A DNA stretch of 47,956 nt from Octopus bimaculoides. Its lineage: Eukaryota. Below the pieces are notes generated by a model that saw only the letters and a list, made by a program, of their open reading frames with translations, was not told where the DNA came from and ran no database searches. A program made the position numbers and the translations under genes. Below, piece by piece: positions 12,645 through 24,968 of this stretch (within the stretch, counting starts at the first letter, position 1; each line of letters opens with the position of its first letter). Location of the stretch: positions 1 through 47,956 of the forward strand of contig NC_068986.1 in assembly GCF_001194135.2 (NCBI RefSeq), written 5' to 3'.

Positions 12645-14483
12645 ACTTTATGGCCAGTGTTCAATTTTTGGGCCCCGATTTTATGGCCAGTGTTCAATTT
12701 TTGGTCCCCGACTTTATGGCCAGTGTTCAATTTTTGGTCCCCGACTTTATGGCCAGTGTTCAATTTTTGGTCCCCCACTTTATGGCCAGTGTGCAATTTT
12801 TGGTCCCCGACTTAATGGCCAGTGTGCAATTTTTGTTCCGCGACCTTATGGCCACTGTGCAAACATTTTGAACCCGACTTTATGGCCAGTGTGCAAATGT
12901 TTGGACCCCGAGTTTATGGCCAGTGTTCAATTATTGGTCCCCGACTTCATGGCCATTGTTCAATTTTTGGTCCCCGACTGTATGGCCAGTGTTCAATTTT
13001 TGCTCCCCGACTTTATGGCCAGTGTTCAATTTTTGGTCCCGAACTTTATGGCCACTGTGCAAATGTTTCGACCCCGACTTTATGGCCAGTGTTCAATTTT
13101 TGGTCCCCCACTTAAGGCCATTGTTCAACACTTGGTCCCCGACTTTATGGCCAGTGTTCAATTTTTGTTCATCGACTTTATGGTCAGTGTGCAAATGTTT
13201 GGACCCCGATTAAATGGCCAGTGTGCAAATGTTTGGTCCCCGACTTTATGGCCAGTGTTCAATTTTTGGTCCCCGACCTTATGGCCAGTGTGCAAACATT
13301 TTGAACCAGACTTTATGGCCAGTGTGCAAATGTTTGGACCCCGAGTTTATGGCCAGTGTTCAATTATTGGTCCCCGACTTCATGGCCAGTGTTTAATATT
13401 TTGTACCCGACTTTTTGGCTAGTGTTCAATTTTTGGTCACCGACTTTATGGTCAGTGTGCAAATGTTTGGACCCCGATTAAATGGCCAGTGTGCAAATGT
13501 TTGGACCCCGACTTTATGGCCAGTGTGCAAATATTTAGACCCCGATTTTATAGCCCGTGTTCAACTTTTGGTCCCTGTCTTTATGGCCAGTGTTCAATTT
13601 TTGGTCTCCTACTTTATGGACAGTGTTCAATTTTTGGTCCCCGATTTTATGTCCTGTGTGCAAATGTTTCGACCCCGTCTTTATGGCCAGTGTTCAATTA
13701 TTGGTCCCCGACTTTATGGTCAGTGTCTAATTTTTGGTCCCTTTATGGCTAGTGTTCAATTTTTGGTCCCCGACTTTATGGCCACTGTGCAAATGTTTAG
13801 TCCACGACTTTATGGCCAGTGTGCAAATGTTCGATCCCCGATTAGATGGCCAGTGTGCAAATGATTGGACCCGAATTTATGGCCAATTTCCCAATGTTTC
13901 GACTCCTACTTTATGGCCAGTGTGCAAATGTTTGGACCCCGAATTTATGTTTGGAGTCCGAATTATGGCGACTGCGTAAACATCTGGTCCCCAATTTTAT
14001 GACTACTGTGTAAATGTTTGGAGTCTGAATTTATCGCCAATGTGTAAATGTTTGGACCCCGACTTTATGGCCACTGTGTAAATGTTCAGAAACCGACTTT
14101 ATGTCCAATGTGTAAATGTTTGGACCCCTAATTTATGGTCACTGTCTAAATGTATGGTCCCAAACTTAATGGCCACTGTGCAATTTTTTGGACCCCGACT
14201 TTATAGCCACTGCATATATGTTTGGACCCACGACTTTATGGCCACTGTGTAAATGTTTGGACCCCGACTTTATGGCCACTGTGCAATTTTTTGGACCCCG
14301 ACTTTATAGCCACTGCATATATGTTTGGACCCCGACTTTATAGCAACTGCATATATGTTTGGACCCACGACTTTATGGCCACTGTGTAAATGTTCGGACT
14401 CCGAATTTATGGCCACTGTGTAAATGATTGGACCCCGAATTTATGGCAGCTATGCAAATGTTCGGACCCCGACATTATGGCCA
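12645..14483 (-). repeat. Inverted satellite arm A': 33-bp units grading into 34-bp units
   Basis: It begins ACTTTATGGCCAGTGTTCAATTTTTGG with a 33-nt period (12681 to 12714). Further on it reads GACTTTATGGCCACTGTGTAAATGTTTGGACCCC with a 34-nt period (14232 to 14266). Confidence 0.95.
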
Positions 14484-17400
14484 CTAAGTTGGGGACAATA
14501 CATTTACACAGTGGCCATAAAGTCGGGGTCTAAACATTTACACAGTGGCCATAAATCGGGGTTCAACCATTTATACAGTAGCCATAAAGTCAGGGTCCAA
14601 ATATTTACACTGTGGCCATAACGTCTGGGTCCAAATATTTACTCAGTATCTATAATGTCGGGGTCCAAACATTTGCACAGTGGCCATAAAATCGGGGACC
14701 AAATATTTACTCAGTGGCTATAAATTCGGGGTCCAAACATTTACACAGAGGTCATAAAATCGGGGTCCTAACATTTACACAGTGGCAATAAATTCGCGTA
14801 TTATACATTTAAACAGTGCCCATAAAATCGGGTCCAAACATTTGCACAGTAGTCATAAAGTCGGGCTCCACACAAATATACAGTTCATAAATGGGGGTCC
14901 AAACATTTACACAGTTGCAATAAAGTCGGGGTCCTAATATTTACAGTGACCACAAAATCTGGGTTCTAACATTTACACAATCTCTATAAATTCGGGGTCC
15001 AAAATTTCGACAGTGGCCATAAATCGGGGTCCATAAAACGGTGACCATAACGTCGGGGTCCAAATATTTACGCAATGGCTATAAATACGAGTTCGAAACA
15101 TTTACACAGTTGCCATAAACTAGGGGTCGAAACATTTACACAGTGGCCATAAAGTCGGGGTCCAATCATTTAAACGGGCGCCATAAAGTCGGGTCCAAAC
15201 ACTTACACATTGGTCATAAAGTCGGGTCCAAACACTTACACATTGGCCATAAAGTCGGGATATAAATATTTACACAGTGGCTATAATTTCGGGGTCCAAA
15301 TATTTACGGAGTGGCTATAAATACGGGTTTTAAAAATTTAGACATAAATTCGGTGTCCTATCATTTACACACCGGCTAAAATATGGCGGTCCAAACATTT
15401 ACACAGTGGCCATGAAGTCGGGGTCCAAATATATATACAGTGGCCATGATGTCGGGGTGCAAACATTCTCATAGTGGCTATTAAGTCGGGGTGCAGATAT
15501 TTAAACAGTGGCCTTAAATTCGGGGTCAAAACACTTACACAGTCACCATAAAATCGGGGCCCAAACATTTACACAGTAGCCATAAAGTCAGGGTCCAGAA
15601 ATTTACACAGTGTCTATAAAGTCGGTGTCCAAATATTTATGCAGTGGCTATAAATCCGGGTTCCAAACATTTACACAGTTGCCATAAATTTGGTGTCTAA
15701 ACATTTACACAGTGGCCTTAAAGTCGGGGTCCAAACATTTACACAGTGGCCAGAAAGTGTGGTTCCAAACATTTAGACAGTTGCCATAAAGTCGTGGTCC
15801 AAACATTTACGCATTGGCTATAAAGTCATGGTCCAAACATTTGCAGACTGGCCATAAAGTCGTTGTCCTATCTTTTACACACCGGCTAATATATGAGGGT
15901 CCGAACATTTACACAGTAGACATAAATTTGGGGTCAAAACATTTAAACGGTGGCCGTAATTTCAGGTCCAAACAATTAAACAGTGGCCATAAGTTCGGGG
16001 TCTAATCATTTAAACGGGGACCATGAAATCGTGGTCCAAACATTTACAGAATGGCCATAAAGTCGGGGTCCAAGCATTTACACACTGGCCATTAATTCGG
16101 GGTGCAAACATTTGCGCATTGGCCATAAATCGGGGTCCAAACATTTACACAGTAGCTTATAAAGTCTGGGTCCAAACATTTCACGGTGGCCAGAAAGTCG
16201 GGTGCTCCAAATATTTACGCAGTGGCCATAATTTCGGGTTCCAAACATTTATACAGTGGCCATAAATTCGGGGTCCAATCAGTTACACAGTAGCCATAAT
16301 GTCGGGCTCCAAAAATTTTCACAGTGGCCGTAAAGTCGGGGTCCAAACATTTACACAGTTGCCATAAACTCGGGGTCCAAACATATTCACAGTCGCCATA
16401 AATTTGGGTTCCAATTATTTACATAGTGGCCATAAAATCGTGGTCCAGACACTTATGTATTGGCTATAATGTCAGGGTCCAAACATTTGCACAGTGGTCA
16501 TAAATTCGGTGTCATATCATTTACACACCGGCTAAAATATGGTGGTCCAAACATTTACACAGTGGCCATAAAGTCGGCTTCCGAACATTTACACAGTGGC
16601 CATAATGTCGGGGTCCAAATATATATACAGTGGCCATAATGTCGGGGTGAAAACATTCTTATAGTGGAGATTAAGTCGGGGTGCAAACATTTAAACAGTG
16701 GCCTTAAATTCGGGGTCAAAACATTTGCACTGTAGCCATAAAATTGGGGCCCAAACATTTACACAATAGCCATAAAGTCGGGGTCCAAACATTCTCACAG
16801 TGGCCATAAAATCGGGGTCCAAACATTTAAACGGTGGCCATAGATTCGGGTCCAAATATTTATAGAGTGGCCAAAAATTCGTGGTCCAATCATTCAAACG
16901 GGGGCCATACAGTCGGGGTCCAAACATTTACACATTGGCCATATAGTCGGGATATAAATATTTACACAGTGGCTATAACTCGGGGTCCAAATATTTACGC
17001 AGTGGCTATAAATCCGGGTTCCAAACATTTACACAGTTACCATAAACTTGGGGTCCAAACATTTGCACAGCGGCCGTAAATTCGGGGTCCAAATATTTAC
17101 ACACTGGCCATAAATTCTGGTTCCAAACTTTTAGACAGTTCCATAATGTCTGGGTCCAAACATTTACACAATGGCCATAAAGTCTGGCTCCAAACATTTA
17201 GACAGTGGCCATAAAGTCGGGGTCCAATTATTTAGACAATTGCCATAAAGCCGTGGTCCAAACATTTACGCATTGGCTATAAAGTCAGGGTCCAAACATT
17301 TACACAGTTTCTATAAAGTCGGTGTCCAAATATTTATGCAGTGGCTATAAATCCGGGTTCCAAACATTTACACAGTGGCCATAAATCGGGGTCCAAACAT

Positions 17401-17756
17401 TTACACAGTGGCCTTAAAGTCGGGGTCCAAACATTTACACAGTGGCCAGAAATTGTGGTTCCAAACATTTAGACAGCCTCCATAAAGTCGGGGTCCAATT
17501 ATTTACACAGTTGCCATATAGTCGGGGTACGAACATTTACGCAGTGGCTATAAAGTCAGGGTCCAAACATTTGCACAGTGGTCATAAAGTTGGGGTCCTA
17601 TCATTTACACACCGGCTAAAATGTGGGGGTCCAAACATTTACACAGTGGCCATAAATTCGGCGTCCAAACATTTACCCAGTGGCCATAAAGTCGGGGTCC
17701 AAACATTTACACAGTGGCCATAATGTGGATGTCCAAACATTTGCACAGTGGTCTAT
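14478..17756 (+). repeat. 34-bp tandem satellite, arm A'' (consensus ACAGTGGCCATAAAGTCGGGGTCCAAACATTTAC)
   Basis: The period is 34 nt (e.g. TGGCCA at 17681 and 17715). It shares the TGGCCATAAAGTCGGGG core with the 33-bp unit. Confidence 0.96.
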
Positions 17757-17778
17757 CCCTAACCCTAACCCTAACCCT
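17757..17778 (-). repeat. Short telomeric-type repeat (CCCTAA)3 CCCT, i.e. TTAGGG on the minus strand
   Basis: The sequence CCCTAACCCTAACCCTAACCCT is seen directly. TTAGGG is the canonical telomere repeat reported for molluscs. Confidence 0.85.
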
Positions 17779-18008
17779 GTGTGTGTTCTTGTGTCTGTGT
17801 GTCTGTTTATTCCCCACCATTGCTTGACAACCAGTCTCGGTGTGTTCTCTTCCCCATAACTTCGTGGTTTGTCAAAAAGAGCAATATGAAAAGTACCAGG
17901 CTTTACAGAAAAAAAGATAGCAAGTACTGGGGTCGATTTGTTTGATAAAAATTCTACATGACAGTACCCCCAACATGGCTGCAGTCTAATGAGTGAATCA
18001 AGTAAAAA
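17779..18008 (+). mobile_element. SINE family A, 3' half only (TG linker plus tail); tRNA head absent
   Basis: TGCTTGACAACC...AAGTACC...AGTACTGGGGTCGATTTG...CATGGCTGCAGTC...AAGTAAAA matches the reverse complement of the tails at 28084-28290 and 42137-42320. Confidence 0.75.
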
Positions 18009-18486
18009 AATATATTTATCTCACATATCCCAGAGTAGGAGGTCTCCCTAGTCATACTAATGGCCACATACTATTATGTAATGCCAAATCAGTATTATAA
18101 CTCATGTTCACCAAATGATTATAACTTGTGGGGTAGGGAAAACATTTGAGGATATCACAAGTAATGACTGATAAGATTTAGATAAAGTAATTAAAAAGAA
18201 AAAAAGTAGTTTATAAAAATAATTCATCTATATGACTTGTCATGAAGGGAAAAAAGATAACTATACATCTATCAATGGTGTTATTATCATAACACCATTT
18301 GCATTCTCGGTTAAGCAAAAGCAAAAAAAAAACTAATAATAATCTCTGGATTATGGACCAACAGGTGGTCATTGCAATCTCGTTTTGATTTATTTAAAAC
18401 TCTTCCGCTGGCAGCTTGTAATGAAATCAACCAATTAAATCTTGTTTATATAGTTAGCAATAAAAGTCATGTTTATTGCTATTCAC

Positions 18487-18493
18487 ACACACG

Positions 18494-18548
<55 letters not shown>
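18487..18548 (+). repeat. (CA)n microsatellite
   Basis: Seen directly. Confidence 0.95.
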
Positions 18549-18550
<2 letters not shown>

Positions 18551-20920
18551 AATACTCCTCTCCATCACATATTTGTAAGAATGTGTATTTGTTTATGTAT
18601 GAATATATTTACATATTCTGTAATGTACATATACAAATAACTGAATGGATGTACTTGTAAATAGGAACAATGCATGTAAGTNNNNNNNNNNNNNNNNNNN
18701 NNNNNNNNNNNNNNNNNNNNNNNNNNNNNNNNNNNNNNNNNNNNNNNNNNNNNNNNNNNNNNNNNNNNNNNNNNNNNNNNNNNNTATATATATATATATC
18801 CATCCATCTTCTCCACCTACAATTTCTGGTTTCTGAGAGAGATGTGGGAGTATAGTCCTTAGGCACCTCCTGTATAAGATCTATCATTCTAGACTAAGGT
18901 CTTGCAGTAGAGTGGTCAAGTAATGGGCGATGGTAATGCAAAAAGAAAATGTTGGAAAAGGTAGGTTATTTTTGTGAATAGAAAGTGAAGTGATTGCCTG
19001 AATGAGAGATGTCACTTTCTTATGTGCTTCTGTCTGTGCCATTTAACACATTTTTTTTTATTTAACACTTCACCAGCCATTGCTCAACTACTCTGATAAA
19101 GAACTTCAATTGCAACAATGGGGTTTCCCTGCTCCTAAATGCAAATGAACTTACTGAAACTGTCATTCTTGAATTTTATGAATATATTATCAGTGACTGA
19201 AACCCTTACCAGTATTTTGTATTCTTAGTTTTGTAGTCCAGGATCAGTTAAGTGTAGTTATCCTGGGTGTATGAAATAAATCAGTATTCCTTATACATTA
19301 GCTGTATCCTTAGCCAAGGCATTTTTATGAGTTCAATACACCTAATAATAATAAACAGGTGTCATCTCAAGATATGTACTCACGGTTGAACAGACTAATA
19401 ATCAAAGACTTTTTAACTGTAACCATTCCATCCTGGTTTTAGAAATGGTATTTATATGTGGTTCAATGGACCCTTCTTTTATTTGCAAGAATAGCATATG
19501 AGATGTGGAAAAGTTGGTTGCTATTTCTAGCAGGTGGGAATAGGAATCTTCTCTTGTATTCTATTTGCTTCAGAATAACCTTATCTAATGCATTGTTCTA
19601 ATAAGATATTACACGTAATGACTGATCTCATCATAAACAGGAAACTTTCATCAGAGTGATGCAGTACTAGGATATGAGGAATTCAGCAAGAATAAAAATA
19701 TAATCTCCTCATAATTCTTTAATGAATAGTGCAGAGTTCATAAGTTTAAAGTATATCAATAAATATGAAACAGTTCAATATCAGATCAATTTGAAGTAAT
19801 AATTCTGGTAGAATTAGTACCAATTACTTAATTACAATCAATTTGGTGAACTGATGTAAACTAAAGTAAATGCACCGCTTAAATCATTCTGTCCATTCAT
19901 TCTGGGATGTAGAGGAAGTGGTGGTAGAGTCTTCAGGTACCTCTTCCATAGGGTCTTAACAGAAGCAACCATCATTCCACTCTTCGGCTGGATTCCAAAT
20001 CGACTACGTTAAGTATACAAAACAATTTTAGCTAATGAGGATGTTTAAGTGATTGCTCGATCTGTAAATTTAGTATCTAAATCTCCCTCTGACTACACCC
20101 TACCAACTTAAAAAAGAATAAACAACACATTGGATAATGTAGTCGTGAATACATTGTATAATATATAAAACGGAAAGGTTACTGAAGTTGATCCAAGACT
20201 AAACAATGACCAACGTTGACCAACGACGGTGCATCTACGTTGCGTTCGACTAATTACATTTAAGTCCTACTTCTCAAATCAAATCCCACTGCTTAAAAAA
20301 AATGGCCACGTATATTGCAGAGCTTGATAATCGTTACCTCTGAAAAAAAAGAAAGGAGATGGGGAAATAAAGGTTGACAGTAGTTGAGATAATAGTCGCA
20401 GCTTAAATGCTTCTGATCAATGGTCTTCTCCGACAGGGTTGCCTTCTCTCGATATTGTCTTACACATGTAAAATTATTAGAATATTTAGTTGATTAACTA
20501 GAAAAACGAGGTTTGAGAAATGTCTTAGTAATTGAGGCTTTGCCTTTAAAGCTATAAATTCCAAATAAGGAGTTTACTTTTATCGAATATTTAACGGTTC
20601 AATCTAAGTGAAAGAAACATAAAAATAATTCAGGTCTACCAAATTTTAAAATGCTCAAATTTCACACTATTTTCTGAAGATGTGAAGAAGAATAAAAGAA
20701 GAAGGGGAAAAGGACAAAAGAAACACTTAAGAACGAGGGGAAATAGCTTAGGTTCAGAGGAGATAGAAAATAGGAGAAAGAAAATAGAATGACTGGAAAC
20801 GTTTCTCATTTCGAGAGAAGTAGACTATAATAAACAAGAAAATTATGGCAAAGCTGCATGATAGTGGTGTCAGACATGGAATGTAGACCGGCATACAATT
20901 TGTTTTATCCTTCTCTTCTG

Positions 20921-21386
20921 TTTTATTTCACAACTAACGGAGCACGAAGCGCTCCTCACAAACGCAGTTCACGAGATTGTTGTGATCTGTAAACGGTTTT
21001 GAGTAGGAACTGGAGAATAAAGAATGAACACGCAATGCGCATGTGCATACTGAATTCCTAAAACGGAAGAAAAAACTAAAAACACAATGTGCATGTCAAC
21101 ATAAAAAGGAGGAGAAGAATAAAATTGCAATGTCAAACAAGTTGTATGATGGTCTGCATGCTACGTTTGACACCACTGTCACGCAGGTTTGTTGCAGTTT
21201 TCTTGTTTTGACATGCACATTGCATTTTTATTCTTCTCTTCCATTTTACAAATTCACAGTGCACATGCACATTGCGTGTTCATGCATCTCTTTCCGGTTC
21301 CTACTCAAAACTGTTTACAGATCACAGCCATCTCACAGATCTGCGTTCGTGAGGAGCGCTTTGTGCTCCTATGGTTGGGAAAAAAG
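20921..21386. mobile_element. Fold-back / long-TIR MITE-like element of about 465 bp, almost entirely palindromic
   Basis: GGAGCACGAAGCGCTCCTCACAAACGCAG (20939-20967) pairs with 21341-21369 at 27/29. GTGATCTGTAAACGGTTTTGAGTAGGAACTGGA pairs with about 21293-21325 at 31/33. Inner blocks (AATGTGCATGTCAA / TTGACATGCACATT) also pair. Confidence 0.8.
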
Positions 21387-24162
21387 TGAGCGCGTTGTTG
21401 CAACCATATATATATANNNNNNNNNNNNNNNNNNNNNNNNNNNNNNNNNNNNNNNNNNNNNNNNNNNNNNNNNNNNNNNNNNNNNNNNNNNNNNNNNNNN
21501 NNNNNNNNNNNNNNNNNNNNNNNNNNNNNNNNNNNNNNNCTTTACATTCACATTTTTAAGAGATAATCTATCATGACAGGATCTTTTCGGTTGCTGCCAC
21601 CACAAGTTTTGTTAAAAAAATTTGTTACCTCATTTCCATGATTTTTAAAATTTATTAATTGCTTACATGAACTGAATTATAACTACAGTATTACGTAAGT
21701 TTGTTTTTTGTAATTTTTCACAAAAAAAATCCGTTGAGGATTGCCAGCTTTCAAATCTTGTCTGTTTGGCTACAAATGATCAAACCTTGAATCTCTGAAA
21801 AATTTTTCGATAACTTTTCTGCAATAAATGAATAAACAAAATCAGATTCAGCTTGAAAAATTACACCAGTTTACGAAATTTCAAACTTTTTCTTTTAATT
21901 TTAATTTTGAAATTTAATTAAAAATTTAAAAAACCTTTGACAACAAGACCCCCATGATATGATGGAAAACTGTATTTATAACTTAGACAACGCTTAGCTG
22001 ATGCATTTATAATAATGTATGCTTAATTAACCGAGTGGAGAAAAATGAATTTCAAATGTAGAAGAATCCATTTGATTAAATAAAGAAGTGTACTTATAGA
22101 GACCAATAATATTTTTTAGAATAGAATTTTTGTTTGTTTCTTTAATATTTTACTTACTGACCAACCTGACATTTATAAAACGATACTTTACAAGAGCGTG
22201 GTGGAAAGGGGAAATAATTGAGAATAAAAAAACAGTTGAATGACCCCTCCCCCAAAACGACTTAAATATAAATGTTTGGCTTCTCTAAGTTACTTTATAA
22301 ACTAATGTAGAATAGATAGAAAGTAGGACGAGTTCTCTTACATTTGAATTTATACAGAGTTTTGATTAATTCAGTTTAGTGCCTCTTAGAATTAATTTAA
22401 ATTTTAAATATTTGTAGATTTGAGTGATGAAGTCAAGGCCTTTCACTAAGAACAAATTTTGCGGGATTTGAGATAAAAACGGACAATTCTAAATCCAAAA
22501 CTCATTATTGTACTTTTATGTTTTTTGAAAAAGAAAAAGCTTAAAATCAAATCCGCGATAAATCTCAAGAAAGGAAAAAAAATATTAAATAAAAGCGTAA
22601 GCAAAATCAATCACGGTTTAGAATAATTAAAATTCTAATTAAAGTGTAAGTCAATTTAGCGAGAAGAATAGCACGCTTATAGCTAAATGTTCTTGGTCAA
22701 AAGAAATAATTCTTAAAATCTGCAATGAGTAAATTATTTATCTTTAGAAAATAAAGATGGCTAGAATGAAAGTTTATAGCTACAGCGGGGTAACTAAGAT
22801 TTATTTTTAACTCAGCCATTGATGTTTTGAAAGACATTCAAAGAAATACAAAAAGAAAAACAATTAGAAAACATCAGTAAAAGAATAATAATATAAAAGA
22901 CTACATTTTAATGATATAGATAGATTAAAGAGTGAGATTTAGGTGAAGACGTAGAATGAAATCTAGACCGAAGAAGTAGATAGTTTTAGATTAATAAAGA
23001 CAAATTAATTTTGGCTGAGATGGGCTAACTAAAAAATATTCTTAAATTTGAAGTTAGTACCTGAATTTAAGAGCTATAATCACAATGAGGAATTTTAGGG
23101 GTTAATGTATAGCAATAGATTAGAGGCCAATGAATAAGACAGATGAAATCACAAGTTTCGTGAGATGATTATGTTACATATAGTAATCTACGAGGATTAT
23201 TTCTTGGTTTGTAGTTTAAGTTTTCATGTACTTCTGTATCCAAGAAGAGATATTCCATTATGTTTATTTAGGGTCGTTTCTGCAGCTAGTAAGATCAGGA
23301 AGTCCTCTGTTGTGCATAAATTACAAGGGTCTTTTATGATCAGTTTGTAAATTACTCGCAATAGATATTTTAGCGTGCAATTATTTTTTCAAATACCAAA
23401 TGAATTATGGAAGTGATGTTTCATTTCTTCTGATCGGTTTGTATGCTTATCAAAGAATAATTTATAAGAACTAGAAGGTAGACCTATGTAGGTGTGGAAA
23501 AAATTATTAGCTTTTACTTTATGTTTGAAAACTATATCATAAGCTGGGTGCACAAACCCAAAAAGGATTAATGGAATTGTAATTTTTAGTTCAGCTAAAG
23601 GTATAGTTGTGGTTACAATTTTGTTGTGAATTCTGCTTATACACATTAGAACAAGCTAGGATTCATGCAAAATTTGCAGTGCTAGAATAAGAAATTTGAA
23701 AGATAATCCAATAAAAAATAAATTATGATATCTAAGCTGTGCTTGAAAGTGTCTTTACGTAATTTAAAGAAATAGCTAACTATTGAGTTAAACAGTTAAG
23801 TAATGAAAAATGGGTTTGTACTAAAAGGGGTTTCTTTTTTATTTGTATAAGTGTGTGCTGTTTACATTCGATAGAAAATATTTTCTATTTAAATTCACTT
23901 CTTGCAAGGACCTCATTGTAATTAGGAAGACTTCAATAAAAATTTGCTAATTGGAAGGGCATCAGAAAGTTTTAGAAGGCTGGATTGTTAATAATGTTCT
24001 TCGGGTGGTTCGAATTGTTATAAATACAGAATCACACAATGATGTATTTCAACTTGTGTACTTACTTTGTCTGTTAAAGTCACAACTCGGCTGTTGTACT
24101 CTTCGGTTTTCTTCAGATGCCTGTCATATTTGGTAATATTCAATATTCTCAGAATCTCAAAC

Positions 24163-24331
24163 CTACCTGCCTGCCTGCCTGCCTGCTGCCTGCCTGCATA
24201 CCTACCAACCTACCTACCTACCTACCTATTCACTGCAACTAGCGTTGAATCGACAACACAAAACTTAATCACCGCTTATGTTCACGATGCCATTGACCTG
24301 CAGGACAATTAAGTGATGGAAATAAGAAAGT

Positions 24332-24374
<43 letters not shown>

Positions 24375-24389
24375 ATATATATATATATA
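24163..24389 (+). repeat. (CCTG)n/(CCTA)n and (TATC)n/(TA)n microsatellites
   Basis: Seen directly at about 24163-24228 and 24334-24389. Confidence 0.9.
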
Positions 24390-24573
24390 NNNNNNNNNNA
24401 TCTATACATGTGCGTGTGGTGTATACACACATATAGACGTTTGAATTTGAAAATAAAAGAAACGAAAGAAAAAGTACTTGAATGCATCATTTATTTAACA
24501 CTTATCATTTATATTGACTATGCCATCGCCCCGCAGGGCAATTAAGCAATAGAAATTAGAAGCTTTAAACCTT

Positions 24574-24667
24574 ATGTATGTGTGTGCATGTGTGTGTGTG
24601 TGCGTGCGTGTGTGTGTATGCATTCATGTATGCATGTGTGAGTGTATATGTGTATATAGACATGTAT

Positions 24668-24708
<41 letters not shown>

Positions 24709-24883
24709 ATAGCTAAATTACTTCATCACCTTACTCAGCACAAACATAAAACCCCTCACGTCGCATATTCCATCCCACTCTATTCGCATACATTCATGCA
24801 AGTTATAACATGCAGCACATTTACGCAATCAATTACCTGCATTTTAGACACGAGCACCCTAACCCCGCCACCATACACAAACA

Positions 24884-24917
<34 letters not shown>

Positions 24918-24920
24918 GAG

Positions 24921-24968
<48 letters not shown>

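Noticed and set aside
1-17756. CRISPR-like appearance (conserved core plus variable segment at about 33-bp spacing)
   Set aside because: The variable parts are homologous variants of one monomer rather than unique spacers. There are no cas genes and the context is eukaryotic.
18790-18840. Minus-strand peptide KPEIVGGEDGW resembling a trypsin-family IVGG start
   Set aside because: There is an in-frame stop shortly upstream, no activation-site Arg/Lys directly before IVGG, and the frame runs straight into (TA)n and a gap.
18920-19200. Possible two-exon mini-gene (donor AAG|GTAGGT at 18961, acceptor CACCAG at about 19076)
   Set aside because: The joined peptide is short and resembles nothing I recognise; such splice-like sites are expected by chance.
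21600-24150. Microsatellite-free AT-rich stretch, tested for alternative genetic code ORFs and a LINE endonuclease-like string (DFLILLAAETTLNKHNGISLLGYRS, minus strand, about 23228-23308)
   Set aside because: All three stop types occur at roughly chance density in the frames I read, and no further endonuclease motifs follow in order. A translated HMM search would be needed to rescue it.
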